Shown here piece by piece: positions 13,048 to 25,340 of a DNA stretch of 64,000 bases. Within the stretch, counting starts at the first letter, position 1; each line of letters opens with the position of its first letter. The translations under genes were made by a program, and so were the position numbers. The notes under the pieces were generated by a model. The model did not search any database. It was not told the DNA's origin and was given only the letters and a program-made list of their open reading frames with translations. This DNA comes from Leucoraja ocellata (Eukaryota), in the NCBI GenBank assembly GCA_036785375.1, contig JAWMAR010000113.1, positions 124,001-188,000 of the forward strand. Direction: 5' to 3'.

Positions 13048-13353
13048 AGTTCATCAGTTTATCAACTTAGTTTATTGTCACGTGTACCGAGGTACAGTGA
13101 AAAGCTTTTGTTGCGCGCTAACCAGCCAGCGGAAAGACAATACATGATTACAATCAAGCCATTTACAGTGTTTGATACATGAGAAGGGAATAACGTTTAG
13201 TGCAAGATAAAGCCAGCAAAGTCCGATCAAGGATAGTCCGAGGGTCACTAAAGAGGTAGATAGTAGTTCAGCGCTACTCTCTGGTTGTGGTGGGATGATT
13301 CAGTGACCTGATAACAGGTGGAAAGAAACTGTGCCTGAATTTGGTGGTGTGCG
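13048..13353 (-). mobile_element. Rex1/Babar-like LINE 3' end inserted in the Penelope repeat
   Basis: Minus strand TTKFRHSFFPPVIR followed by a 3' UTR ending gtgacaataaa. Confidence 0.7.
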
Positions 13354-13431
13354 TGACGTTTCGGTTTGGGACCCTTCTTCACACCGATTGTGGGGGGGGG
13401 TGGGTGGGGGGAGGGGGGGGGAGGGTGGAGG

Positions 13432-14631
13432 CAGGGCCGGATTTAGATGAAGAGAGGCCCTAAGATATTTCACTTGTAAGGCCCCCCACGACTAGAGGAC
13501 CATGACGACCCTACAGTGACAGTGTGACACTTTTAGATCCTACTGTATGTTGTCATTAAACAGTTGGTTTTAAAATACATATTGGATTCACCGCAGAGCG
13601 GGCGATGCTTTACCTGGATCGCCGTTTGAAGCTCTGGAGTGTTTGGCCTGCTGCTTCAACATCATGGAGCTGTGGTTTGCAGAGGTCCCAGCCTCGGGCC
13701 GCGCTGATTTTAATATCACGGAGCCCTGGGAACCCTTTGCTGAGGGCCGACAGCGTGAATCTCCACCCAGCTCGGCCTGTGGACTTCGGGAGCCGTGGTC
13801 TATGGTAGGAAGTGGCCGATTCGGAAGTCCAAGCCGCTGAGAATGTTCTCCCGTTCCGACGTCGGATGGTGACCCCCAAATTTCATTGTACCAATGGCCA
13901 TGAGGGAGGGTCCAAGAGGAGGGGTTCCGTTGGAGACGGGAAAAAGGATCATCAATGGGGGCAAGGACTCCTTCCCATAGAAGAACGGTGTGACGCAGAG
14001 GCGACAGAAGAAGAACTCCAAATCGCGGCGGGCGCGGAACTCATTGAGGTGGGGATGGAGGGTGACAAAGGTGAGACCTCTGCTGAGGACAGACCGTTTG
14101 GATCAGAGAGGGGGAGGTCTGGGGGGATGGTGAACACATGGCAGGGGTGGGGGTTGGGGCCGGAGGAAGGCAGGTGAGTGGACTGAGGCCGAGGCGATGT
14201 CTGGTGGGGGGGTGGTGGGTGGTCAGTAGGTAGGGTGGTATGAGGACTGTAGCGTTGGTGTGGAAGAGCTGGGGTCACATGGTTTGAGGGGAATGGGGAA
14301 GACCCAGTGGAGCAGCCACTGAGATTACCAGGGTTGGGGGACTAGCACTAGGACCCAGCGCAGTCAAACCCGGGGGAGTGGGAGTCTGCAGAGTGTAAAT
14401 TTCAGGCCCGGTGCTGTGTCCAGGCTGCAGGTAAGGCGACGGCTGCGGACTGCTGGAGGGCGGTGGAGTGGCCAGGTTCAGCGGGTGAAGAGTAGGAGGT
14501 CCCAGTGGGCGGATGGTCGGTGGGGCGGCGAGGTCTCGACGGGTCCGGTGAGGCAGCGAGGTGAGTAGGCCCCCCCAGATCTCGAGGCACTAAGCTTAAG
14601 CTTGTGTAGCTTATACGTAAATCCGGCCCTG
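13432..14631. mobile_element. Non-autonomous hAT-like DNA transposon, 1200 bp
   Basis: 14-bp perfect TIR CAGGGCCGGATTTA...TAAATCCGGCCCTG with 8-bp TSD GGTGGAGG (13424-13431, 14632-14639). Confidence 0.9.
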
Positions 14632-15438
14632 GGTGGAGGGGTGGGGGGGAAGGTAGATGAGATGAGAGGCAGGACAAAGCATGGCATGTAAATTGTGAAC
14701 ACAAGCAAGAGGGGATTTGCTGTGCAGGTGGTTGGACAAAGGCCAGAGATGCAAGAAGGTGTGAGACAAAACGATTGAAGAGTTGCAAATTATGAAGCCG
14801 GAGGAAGGAATGTAGGTGTGGGGGTGAGGGGTGGCAGGGAGAAATAGGTGTGAATCTAGGTAGGGCGCAGGGGAAGGGCAGAAAGAAAGGGTCAGTGTGG
14901 AGGAGAAAGGGGAGGGGGAGGGGAGCGTTATTTGAGGTAACCCAAAATTCGAGAATTCAATGTTCATACCATTGGGTTGTAAGCTACACAGACGGAATAT
15001 GAGGTGTTGTTCCTCCAGCCATTGGAAATGGTCTCTTTCAATCTGCCCTGCCTCTTCCCTTCATGACTTTCCACAAAGTGTAATCCATGCAAAGGCAAGT
15101 GCAACATCATGCATTAAAAAGACTGAGATTGGTGGGTTGTTATTACTTAAGGACAAATCTGGAGGAAGTATTAGATGGGAAACTATACTGCAATTCAGAC
15201 ATATCCGAGGACATTGCGGGAAACTAGAGAGGAAATTACAGGAGGCCTGGTTGAAATTTACGAGTCATCCTTAAATATAGGAAAGGTGCCGGAAGACTGG
15301 TGGGCGGCAAATGTTGTGCCTCAGGGACTGCAGGGACAATGTTGGGAACTATAGGCCGGTGAGCTTAACATCTGTAGCTGGAAAGTTACTAGAGAATATT
15401 CTGGGGGATAGAAGATAGCTTCTCCGAAAGGTTAGATT

Positions 15439-16148
15439 ATCATTATCATTACCATCCTTTTATTGTCATCATGCAAAGCAACAATTGTACAGTGCAAAAT
15501 GAGAAGACGTTCCCCAGGGAATACCGGAGCATCGCACATAAAAACTTAAACATTTCACGCATAAATAAAAACAATCCAGTTCCTGATAAAAAAACAGTAC
15601 GAATAGTTTAAAAAAGTGCAGGTAAAAAAAGCAACATTAAAATAAAGTAAAAAATTAAAATAAACAGTCATAAAATGTCCAGGGCAGCTGATTTAAGTGG
15701 CCTGAGCCAGTGCCAGAGTTATTACTCAGTGCCAGTTATTAAATTGTTAGTGCAAAAGCAGCAGAATCGGGTGGAGTGGCTGTTTAGCAGCCTCACAGCC
15801 TGTGGAAGGAAACTGTTTAGCAGTCTGGTTGTCCGGGCTTTGATGCTGCGGTATCTCTTGCCTGATGGCAGGAGATCCAGATGTGTGTGGAGGGGGTGCA
15901 GTCTATCCTTTGCTATGCTCAGTGCTCTTTTCAGGCAGCGGCTCTGGAACAGTTCTTGTACCGAGGGTAGGGAGACGCCAATGATCCTCTCTGCTCCCCT
16001 CGCTACCCTCTGCAGAGACTTCGTGTCTGAGCAGTTACAGTTGGAGTACCACGTGTTCATGCAGTACGTGAGTACAGACTCCACCGTGCCCCTGTAAAAA
16101 GTCCTGAGGTTGTTGGTGGGGAGTGAGGCCTGTTTGAGTTTCCTCAGG
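15439..16148 (-). mobile_element. Rex1/Babar-like LINE, 5'-truncated
   Basis: FYRGTVESVLTYCMNTWY...LLPSGKRYRSIKARTTRLLNSFLPQAVRLLN, (TGATAA)n tail, flanked by TAGATT repeats (15433-15438, 16149-16154). Confidence 0.9.
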
Positions 16149-16924
16149 TAGATTGCGTGGGATCCAAGGAGAGATAGCTGAATGGATAGCAAATTGGTTC
16201 TATGGAAGGAAACAGAGGGTGATGGTGAAAGGTTGCTTCTCGAACTGGAGGCCTGTGACTAGTGGTGTGCCTCAGGGTTCTGTGCTGGACCCATTACTGT
16301 TTGTCATCTACATCAATGATTTGGATGAGAATATACAGCGCAAGATTAGCAAGTTTGCTGATGATACAAAAGTTAGTGGTTTTGCAGACAGTGAAGATGG
16401 TTGTGAATGATTGCAACAGGATCTGGATCGATTGGCCAGGTGGGCGGAGGAATGGTTAATGGAATTTAAGTCAAGTCAAGAGAGTTTATTGTTAATACAG
16501 AGAAGTGTGAGGTGGTGCATCTTGCAACGTCGACAAGGGCAGGACCTACACAGTAAAAGGTAGGCTTCTAGGTGGTGTTGTAGAGCAGAGGGATCTAGGA
16601 GTACAGGTGCATTGTTCCTTGTAGGTCGAGTCGCAGGTTGATAAGGTGGTCAAAGAGGCTTTTGGCACTTTGACCTTCATCAGTTAGAGTATTGAGTATA
16701 GAAGTTGGGAGGTCATGTTGCAGTTGTATAAGACGTTGGTGAGACCGCATTTAAAATATTGTATACAGTTTTGGGCACCATGTTATGGTAAATATATTGT
16801 CAAGTTTTAAAGGGTTCAGAAAAGATTTACGAGGAAGTTGCCAGGACTAGAGGGTGTGAGCTTTAGGGAGTGGTTGAGTAGGCTGGGTCTCTATACCATG
16901 GAGCACAGGAGGATGAGGGGTGAT

Positions 16925-17608
16925 GCAGGTGCAGCAGGCAGTAAAGAAAGCGAATGGTATGTTGGCTTTCATAGCAAGAGGATTTGAGTATAGGAGCAGG
17001 GAGGTTCTACTGCAGTTGTACAGGGTCTTGGTGAGACCACACCTGGAGTATTGCGTGCAGTTTTGGTCTCCAAATCTGAGGAAGGACATTATTGCCATAG
17101 AGGGAGTGCAGAGAAGGTTCACCAGACTGATTCCTGGGATGTCAGGACTGTCTTATGAAGAAAGACTGGATAGACTTGGTTTATACTCTCTAGAATTTAG
17201 GAGATTGAGAAGGGATCTTATAGAAACTTACAAAATTCTTAAGGGGTTGGACAGGCTAGATGCAGGAAGATTGTTCCCGATGTTGGGGAAGTCCAGGACA
17301 AGGGGTCACAGCTTAAGGATAAGTGGGAAATCCTTTAAAACCGAGATGAGGAGAACTTTTTTCACACAGAGAGTGGTGAATCTCTGGAACTCTCTGCCAC
17401 AGAGGGTAGTTGAGGCCAGTTCATTGGCTATATTTAAGAGGGAGTTAGATGTGGCCCTTGTGGCCAAGGGGATCAGAGGGTATGGAGAGAAGGCAGGTAC
17501 GGGATACTGAGTTGGATGATCAGCCATGATCATATTAAATGGCGGTGCAGGCTCGAAGGGCCGAATGGCCTACTCCTGCACCTAATTTCTATGTTTCTAT
17601 GTTTCTAT
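16925..17608 (+). mobile_element. Young CR1 LINE, 5'-truncated, intact frame
   Basis: About 195-aa uninterrupted ORF2 C-terminus, (TTTCTATG)3 tail, GTGAT repeated at both junctions. Confidence 0.95.
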
Positions 17609-18189
17609 GTGATCTTATAGAAGTGTACAAAATCATAAGACTAAATTGGGTAGATGCCCAGAGTAGGGGAATCGAGGACCAGAGGACATAGGTTCAAAGT
17701 GAGGGGGAAAAGATTTAATAGGAATCCGAGGGGTCACTTTTTCTCACAAAGGGTGGTGGGTGTTTGGAACAAGCTGCCAGAGGAGAGAGTTGAGGCTGGG
17801 ACTATCCCATCATTTAAGAAAGTGTTAGACAGGTACATGGATAGGACAGGGTTGGAGGGATATGGACCAAGCACAGGCAAGTGGGACTAGAGTAGCTGGG
17901 ACATTGTTGGCCGGTGTGGGCAAGTTGGGCCACAGGGCCTGTTTCCAAACTGTATCACTCTATGACTCTAATTCAGCCATGCTCCAATTGAATGGTGAAT
18001 GAAATTCAATAGGCTTACTCATATTCCTTCAAGAGTATTAATTAAATCAATAGAGAATCCAAACAATGTTAAAAATGCTAGCCTTCTCCTCACCCTGCTC
18101 CTAAATGTAGGTGTGCAATGAACAACAATGTGTGCAATGTGCAATTTCAATCAACCGCCTCTTGCCTCTTAACTGCCTCGACTCGCTGG

Positions 18190-18420
18190 AAAGGTGTAGA
18201 AAAGATATACGAGGATGTTGCCAGAACTTGAGGGCCTGAGCTACAGGGAAAGGATGGGCGGTGATCTTATAGAGGTGTATAAGTTCATGAGGGGAATAGA
18301 TAGGGTGAATGCACACAGTCTTTTACCCAGATTAGGGAAGTCAAGAACCGGAGGACATAGGTTTAAGTTGAGTGTAGAAAGATTTAATGGGAACCTGTTG
18401 GGCAACTTTGTGTATTGGGA
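18190..18420 (+). mobile_element. CR1 fragment
   Basis: MLPELEGLSYRER..GDLIEVYKFMRGIDRV. Confidence 0.8.
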
Positions 18421-18875
18421 CTAGTATATTATTCTAAATTCCAAAGGATCTAAGTCAACATTGAACAATCTTTCCTTAGAAGCATACAGCCATTTCAAGT
18501 ATTTGTCTGATATACCAAATCTCAATTGTCTCAAATTCATCAACTTCTTTCCTTAAACAAAGCAATCAATATTGTCCACAGTACTTGAGAGTTGTCGCAT
18601 AGTAACTCCTTAGTTTTGTAATCAATCGCAATAAATGATAACATTCTGTAGGCTTTCCTAATGACCCACTCTTCCTGCTTATACGCCTTTTGTTAATCAT
18701 GTCTTTGCCCAGCTTTTCAGAAATGAAGCAAGGAAATACTTCTACAGATAAAGTATGGAAGAAATATGGAAGCTTTTATCCACAAAAAGCAATTAAGATT
18801 TACACATTCCTCTACATTCATACAACTCTCCTATTCTCTTCACTCAGTTGATATTATGGTCTTTCAGTTGCTTTA

Positions 18876-19170
18876 GGGCGGTCACGGTGGCGCAGCGGTA
18901 GAGTTGCTGCCTTACAGCGAATGCAGCGCAGGAGACCCGGGTTCGATTCTGACTACGGGTGCTGTCTGTACGGAGTTCGTACATTCTCCCCGTGACCTGC
19001 GTGGGTTTTCTCCAAGATCTTCGGTTTCCTCCCACACTCCAAAGACGTACCGGTTTGTAGGTTAGATCGCTCGGTAAATGTAAAAATTGTCCCCAGTGTG
19101 TGTAGGTTAGTGTTGATTCATGATAGTGGGCCGAAGGGCCTGTTTCACGCTGTATCTCTAAACTAAAACA
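18876..19170 (+). mobile_element. V-SINE (HE1-like), full length
   Basis: gggcggtcacggtggcgcagcgg head, B box ggttcgattct, V-domain, tail gggccgaagggcctgtttc...ctctaaactaaa. Confidence 0.92.
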
Positions 19171-19449
19171 TTTCAGAATGCAACAAAACTCATAAATTGA
19201 CAGTCTATAGAAGGGGGAATACCTACTTAACGAAGTATTTGCTAAGATCTTTAGTCACACAGAGGCAAAAAATATCCGTTATGTTTCCTGTGTTTGAAGT
19301 TAACACAGGAGAACATTTGGTAAATAGAAACTTTTTTTAACATCTTAAAAGAATCCTTATATCGGTTGAATGACCTAGTACAAAATCTAAATAATCTATT
19401 CACCTATTACTGGTCATGCCTTGTCCTGCCCCTCTTCTCTTCAAACCTT

Positions 19450-19975
19450 CATAGAAACATAGAAAATAGGTGCAGGAGTAGGCCATTTGGCCCTTCGAGC
19501 CTGCACCGCCGTTGAATATGATCATGGCTGATCATCCAACTCAGTATCCTTTAGCCACTAGGGCCACATCTAACTCCCTCCTAAATATAGCCAATGAACT
19601 GGCCTCAACTACCTTCTGTGGCAGAGAATTCCAGAGATTCAACCCGCCATCCCCTGCAATCAGTCTGAAGAAGGGTTCCACCCCAAAACATCGCCTATCC
19701 ATGTTCTCCAGGGTTGTTTAGGAAGGAACAGCAGATGCTGGTTTACACCAAAGATAAACACAAAATACTGTTGTACTCAGCAGGACAGGCAGCATCTATG
19801 GAGAGAAGGAATGGCTGATGTTTCAGGTCTGAAGTAGGGTCTCGACCCGAAACATCACCCATTCCTACTCTTCAGAGGTGCTCTGAGTTACCTCTGAGTT
19901 ACTCCAGTCTTTTGTGTCTTTCTCCAGAGATGCTGCCTGACGCGCTGAGTTACTCTAGCATTTTGCGTCTTTCTA
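19450..19975. mobile_element. CR1 3' end (-) plus nested and fold-back Penelope 3' repeats
   Basis: catagaaacatagaaa tail at 19450, hammerhead-like cores at 19665 and 19829. Confidence 0.7.
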
Positions 19976-20091
19976 AATAGTTTTACCGTATTTTCCCCCT
20001 AATTTTCCATATATTTTTGACCAAATGTAGGGGTAAAACGAGGAGATTTTTTTTTTTCATTCAGTGTTGAATTTTTAGAACACAAAACATA

Positions 20092-20287
20092 GAAAAGTGT
20101 AATTACACAAAAATGCTGGAGAAACTCAGCGGGTGCAGCAGCATCTATGGAGCGAAGGAAATAGGCAACGTTTCGGCCCGAAACGTTGCCTATTTCCTAC
20201 GCTCCATAGATGCTGCTGCACCCGCTGAGTTTCTCCAGCATTTTTGTGTAACTACACTTTTCCAGCATCTGCAGTTCCTTCTTAAAC
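20092..20287. mobile_element. Near-perfect palindromic Penelope-derived element
   Basis: About 85-bp inverted arms centred on tttcggcccgaaa (20171-20183). Confidence 0.85.
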
Positions 20288-21174
20288 TCTTAGAAAATAG
20301 TGCAGGAACAGGCCCTTCCATCCACATTATCAGCGCCAAACATGATACCAAAAAAAAACTAATCACCTCTGCCTGCACGTGATCTATATCCCTCCATTCC
20401 CTGCATAACCATGTGCCTATCTAACAGCCTCTTAAACGCCACTTTCATATCTGCCTATGTTTTTGATTTCTCCTCCCTAAAGGTTTGTTGAGGTGTAGCC
20501 ATTGAGTTCATTCAAAGTAGAGATCAACAAAGTATTGAATGTTAAAGAAATTAATGGATAAGTGAAAGAGGCAGGGGAATGGTGTGACGGGAGAAATTCG
20601 GCCATGAATAGCAGAGAATGACTTCCTCCTATTTCTATTTTACGTGTTCATATGTAAACATATCTCAATAACTCATAGAAGGTATAAATTCTATTGGTGT
20701 GGTCAGAGTCATGGCCTTTAGTCAGACAACCATTCTCTCTTTGTGAACCAAAACATTCACATTTTCTAAAGGAATTAACTGCGTCCTGGGGGAGTTTATA
20801 AGAGGAAGATTCCTATCAACTTTACTCAAGTGACCATGGTTCATGTTTGAGGCTTGATGGATGTTGTCAAAAGCTATCAGACTAGAGGAAGAAGACAAAT
20901 CAAATTTTATTTGCTTAGCATTCTGGCTAACGTTAGATATTTCCTTCCTTATGCCGGGATGTCAAAGGCAATTATACATAGTACATCAAAAGTGTTTCAG
21001 GTGAGATCAAGTCGCATAGCGTGGACAAAGGGTCAACCTTAGTATTTTTTTTGGACCATAACAAAGAAGTATGAACGTCTAACTGCATTACAAGATATTC
21101 CATGCATTAGAAATACACTTGAATGTTTATGAGGGATGAGAAAAAGTTCCATACATCGGCAAATCTTTCTTTTT

Positions 21175-21481
21175 TTAGTTTTAGCTTTAAACATACAGCG
21201 TGGAAACAGGCCCTTCGGCCCACCAAGTCCGCACTGACCAGCGATCCCCGCATATTAACACTTCCTTAAACACACTAGAGATAATTTGACATTGCTACCA
21301 AGCCAAATAGCCTACAAACCCGTACATCTTTGTGTGGGAGGAAACCGAAGATCTTGGAGAAAACCCACGCAGGTCACGGGGAGAATGTACAAACTCCATA
21401 CAGATCAGCACCCATAGTCAGGATCGAACCCGGGTCTCTGGTGCTGTAAGGCACTAGCTCTACTGCAATGCCACCATGCCG
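21175..21481 (-). mobile_element. V-SINE (HE1-like)
   Basis: Reverse-complement head, B box, V-domain and tail. Confidence 0.9.
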
Positions 21482-22388
21482 TCTTACTGTTTTAACTAGC
21501 TGAAACATCAGGGCCATTTGTTGAGCAACTTGATGTTCCAAAATATTGCCGGAACACACATGATTTCATTCCTTTCTATGTTACCATATCCTTTGGCTGA
21601 CTTCCCTCACAGAATTGAAGTATTTCACTGCATCCATTTTCAATCTGGGAGAGAAAGGGTTAATTGTACTTAAAAACTTTTGTTTTGGTAGTTTACGACA
21701 ACTTTTTCAAGAGCAAGAACGATAAGTCAAGGGTGAAAGTCTCATGCACAATTTGTAAACAATATGTTGCCACACGCAGTTAAGCTATTTAATTGTTGCA
21801 GAAGTGTGCTGGCATTATATAATTTAACGATATGTTAGTGATGTTCAGAAGTTTGATTAAGATATTGTCTTTTTTTTTTCCTAAAGATTGAGTTTTAGTT
21901 GAGAAAAAGACTTGACAATTTCCTTAAGCCCAGAAAGGGTTTGGATTCTCAGGACCTTTGTACCACTTTAACAGCAGGAATGAGATGTATACGTCAAACA
22001 ATCTACAGCTGCACTATCCATGACTATATATATACATCCATTGGACAATAGACGGAAAGGTGCAGCCATATTTAACATAGCAGACTAATGTAAAGGCATC
22101 AAAGTAGAGTTACGTACCAACTTAAAAAGTAACATAAACATTAGGCGTGTACAAAATGGGATCATAAATGGAGTGAAAAAAATGTTAAACAAGATACAAA
22201 ATAATGAACCTAGATGAATGCAAAAAAAAAGCAGAGATCTGGAAAATCAAAATCAAATTTTAAATGTATGTTAACCAAAGCATACGGTAGCCTAGAATAT
22301 AATCAAATAACATGTATTAAGGCAATATCATGAGGATCAGGTTGCTCAACAAATAGCCCTGATAGTTCAACTGATTAAAACAGTAAGA
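21482..22388. repeat. Pair of degenerate inverted repeats of about 70 bp, possible old TIR element
   Basis: 21482-21550 tcttactgttttaactagctgaaacatcagggccatttgttgagcaacttgat versus the reverse complement of 22321-22388. Confidence 0.65.
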
Positions 22389-22494
22389 TAGAAATGTATG
22401 GGCCAGTCTAGATTGCAGAGAAGGTGGAGAAGGGCAATGGGTGAAATAAAGGGAATTTCACTGATAGATTGATGTCGTGTAACCGTTAAGGACA

Positions 22495-23000
22495 GCGTAG
22501 GTTCACGAGATTGATCCCTGGGATGGTGGGACTGTCATATGAGGAAAGATTGAAAAGACTAGGCTTGTATTCACTGGAGTTTAGAGGGATGAGGGGGATC
22601 TTATAGAAACATATCAAATTATAAAAGGACTGGACAAGCTAGATGCAGGAAAAATGTTCCCAATGTTGGGCAAGTCCAGAACCAGGGGCCACAGTCTTAG
22701 AATAAAGGGGAGGCCATTTAAGACTGAGGTGAGAAAAAACGTTTTCACCCAGAGAGTTGTGAATTTATGGAATTCCCTGCCACAGAGGGCAGTGGAGGCC
22801 AAGTCACTGGATGTATTTAAGAGAGGGTTAGATAGAGCTCTAGGGGCTAGTGGAGTCAAGGGATATGGGGAGAAGGCAGGCACGGGTTATTGATAGGGGA
22901 CGATCAGCCATGATCACAATGAATGATGGTGCTGGCTCGAAGGGCCAAATGGCCTCCTCCTGCACCTATTTTCCATGTTTTTATGTTTCTATGTTTCTAT
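22495..23000 (+). mobile_element. CR1 LINE 3' end
   Basis: ORF2 end ...GVKGYGEKAGTGY and (TTTCTATG)n tail. Confidence 0.92.
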
Positions 23001-24519
23001 CCTTAGCTGCACCACATTGCCCGGTGGATATGTACTCATAGATACCGCAGCTGTAAGTTACGGGGAGAAGGCAGGAGAATGAGGTTGAGAGGGAAAAATA
23101 GATCAGCCAAGATCGAATGGCAGAGCTGACTTGATGGGCTGAATGGCCTAACTCTACTCCTCTGTCTTATGGTCTTATGGAATAGCATTATTGAATATAA
23201 TGGGGAAAGTATATGGTGGAGGTAACAGCAAGGCATTCGAATTGGACTGACGATTAAACAGAAAAGGCTGGAAAAGCTCTGCGTGTCGGGCAGCATCTGT
23301 GGAAAGAGAAACAGTTAACATTTGAGTCCTAGACCCTTCATCAGAACTGACAAAGAGAGAAAACGGGCACGTCTAGATTGCAGAGAAGGTGGCGAAGGGC
23401 AATGGATAGTGAAAGGGGATTTCACTGAGAGATTGATATCATGTAACCATTAACCAGCAGTTAAACTCCTTTGACTATGTAACTTGTTTCTTTTTTAACG
23501 TTGAATGTAGGAATCCAGTGGATGTCAATACTTTTGGTAAGGGTTGCGAAAACAAAGTATTGGTAGCACAATTGGGACTGGTTTAATGATGAATAATTTC
23601 AGAAGCTAAGAGAAATATCACAATATTCTTTAAACACAAAATCTACCATTTAATGATGGAAGAAGATGAAGAAAAGCAATAAGGAAAGTATAGATAGATT
23701 AGTAGATTGAGGAGAATTGTAAAAAATTAGATTAAATGTGTTTATTTTCCTAGGAGATAGTTGAATAAAGCATTTCTCTTTTTGAAGCAGAGGTCATAAA
23801 TGTTTTCAGAAGTGACTCAAAACTGATTTTTTTTCTTATGGTCCACCCGCCAGCTCTTTCCCTGCAGATTCTTCCATAAGAGTGTTGTGACCTATAGTAT
23901 CCAATCTATAAACTGACATATCATTAAACCCATTTCCCACAACTTCCTCCTGTTACAAGTAGCCCAGAAAGCAGCCCTTACCTTTCTCATATTGCATCAT
24001 TCAATAGTACTCTATGAAGAACTATTCCTATGATAAAATCACCACTAAAATGCTACATGTTGCAGTTCAACAGGCTATGACCTCTATAAGACTAGATGGT
24101 CACATATTGAGAGAGAATGAGATACTGCTTTCAGCAAAACCATGATGTTATGCAGGCCTCCTGTATATTATTTCTTCCTGTGGTTTCCAGATACTATAAC
24201 TTGTACTCCAGTCAAGATTTTCCAGTACTTAATTAAAAACACAGTAATACCATTCTAAGAATAGCAACTACTTAGACTGAATTTAAGCTATAATTCTGCA
24301 CCAGTTTCATGATAAGAACCATTTATCACTGCTGTGGTAAATTGCTATGTATTAGTAATTTAGGAGTCTACATACACATTTGGCAGACACTTCAATATGA
24401 ACTGTAACATGAATTTATCTGAGATATTAAAAAAAAACATTGTGGCATTGGAGTGTTTTTTTTTTCAATTCACCGTCAGGATGTCAGGAAGGCTGGTGTT
24501 CCATGTCCACACAAATTTT

Positions 24520-25340
24520 TCTGAGATTGTGATTGAGTATTTTGAAGAAGTAACCAAAAAGGTTGATGAGGGCAAGCCATAGATGTTGTCTATATGGACT
24601 TCAGCAAAACAGTCTTACCTTCCACTACCTGCAACCTCCGGCAACCACCTGCAACCTCCAGCAACCACCTTCAACTAACATCGCAACCGGCTTCGACTAA
24701 AAAATTACCTATTTTTAAAACGGCAACCTATTTTTAGTCGCGGCCGGTTTTGAATTGTTTGAAATAATCGCCAGAACATAGAAGAAGCGGAAACCACTTT
24801 CGACCATTAGGGCGACTGACAAAAACCTCCGGGAACCGCACGGAAACCTTGGGAGGGCCGCAAAGTCTTCAGAGGTTTCTGTTCAGGTTTCCTAAGTGGG
24901 ACGGGGGCATTAGACCATATGGGATCCATGGAGAGCTAGTTGAATGAATGGAAAATTGGTTTCATGGAAGGAAGCAGAGGGTGATGATGGATGGTAGACA
25001 AAAGTGCTGGAGAAACTCAGAGGGTGCAGCAGCATCTATGGAGCATGGATGGTGATGATGGATGGTGTTTTTTTTGAATGAAGGCCTGTAAATAGTGGTG
25101 TGCCTCAGGGATCGATGCTGGGACCATTACTGTTTGTATTTTATATCAATGATTCGTGTGAGAATGTAGAAGGCATGATTAGTAAGTTTGCAGATGACAC
25201 TAAAGTGGGTGGTATCGTAGATAACAAAGATGGTTATCAAAAATTACAGTAGGATTTTGATCAGTTGTCCATGTGTGCTGAGGAATGGTTAGTGGAGTTT
25301 ATAATACAGTTATTGTAAATGGGAGGAGTTGCATTTTGGG
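24520..25340 (+). mobile_element. CR1 RT fragment interrupted by a MITE and a short Penelope piece
   Basis: IEYFEEVTKKVDEG..VDVVYMDFSK; SGVPQGSMLGPLLF...SKFADDTKV. Confidence 0.8.
24612..24909. mobile_element. PIF/Harbinger-like MITE, left end deleted
   Basis: Same family as 56692-56917. Ends taagtgggacgggggca|TTA. Confidence 0.7.

Larger units (their letters stand above)
12988..15018 (-). mobile_element. Penelope-like element 3' end (GIY-YIG C-terminus plus 3' UTR), split by two insertions
   Basis: Minus strand EEQHLIFRLCSLQPNGMNIEFSNF at about 14945-15018, 3' repeat at 12988-13390. Confidence 0.8.
15180..17970 (+). mobile_element. CR1 LINE (HER1-like) ORF2 and 3' UTR hosting two nested LINEs
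   Basis: VTSGVPQGSVLDPLLFVIYINDLD...ISKFADDTKV (RT motifs), tail gggcctgtttccaaactgtatcactctatgactcta. Confidence 0.9.

Noticed and set aside
18876-18960. tRNA genes suggested by A/B boxes
   Set aside because: All are tRNA-derived heads of V-SINEs followed by the V-domain and a LINE-like tail.
20092-20263. Pre-miRNA or CRISPR-like structure
   Set aside because: The hairpin is an inverted duplication of the abundant Penelope 3' repeat. There is no repeat-spacer array and the DNA is eukaryotic.
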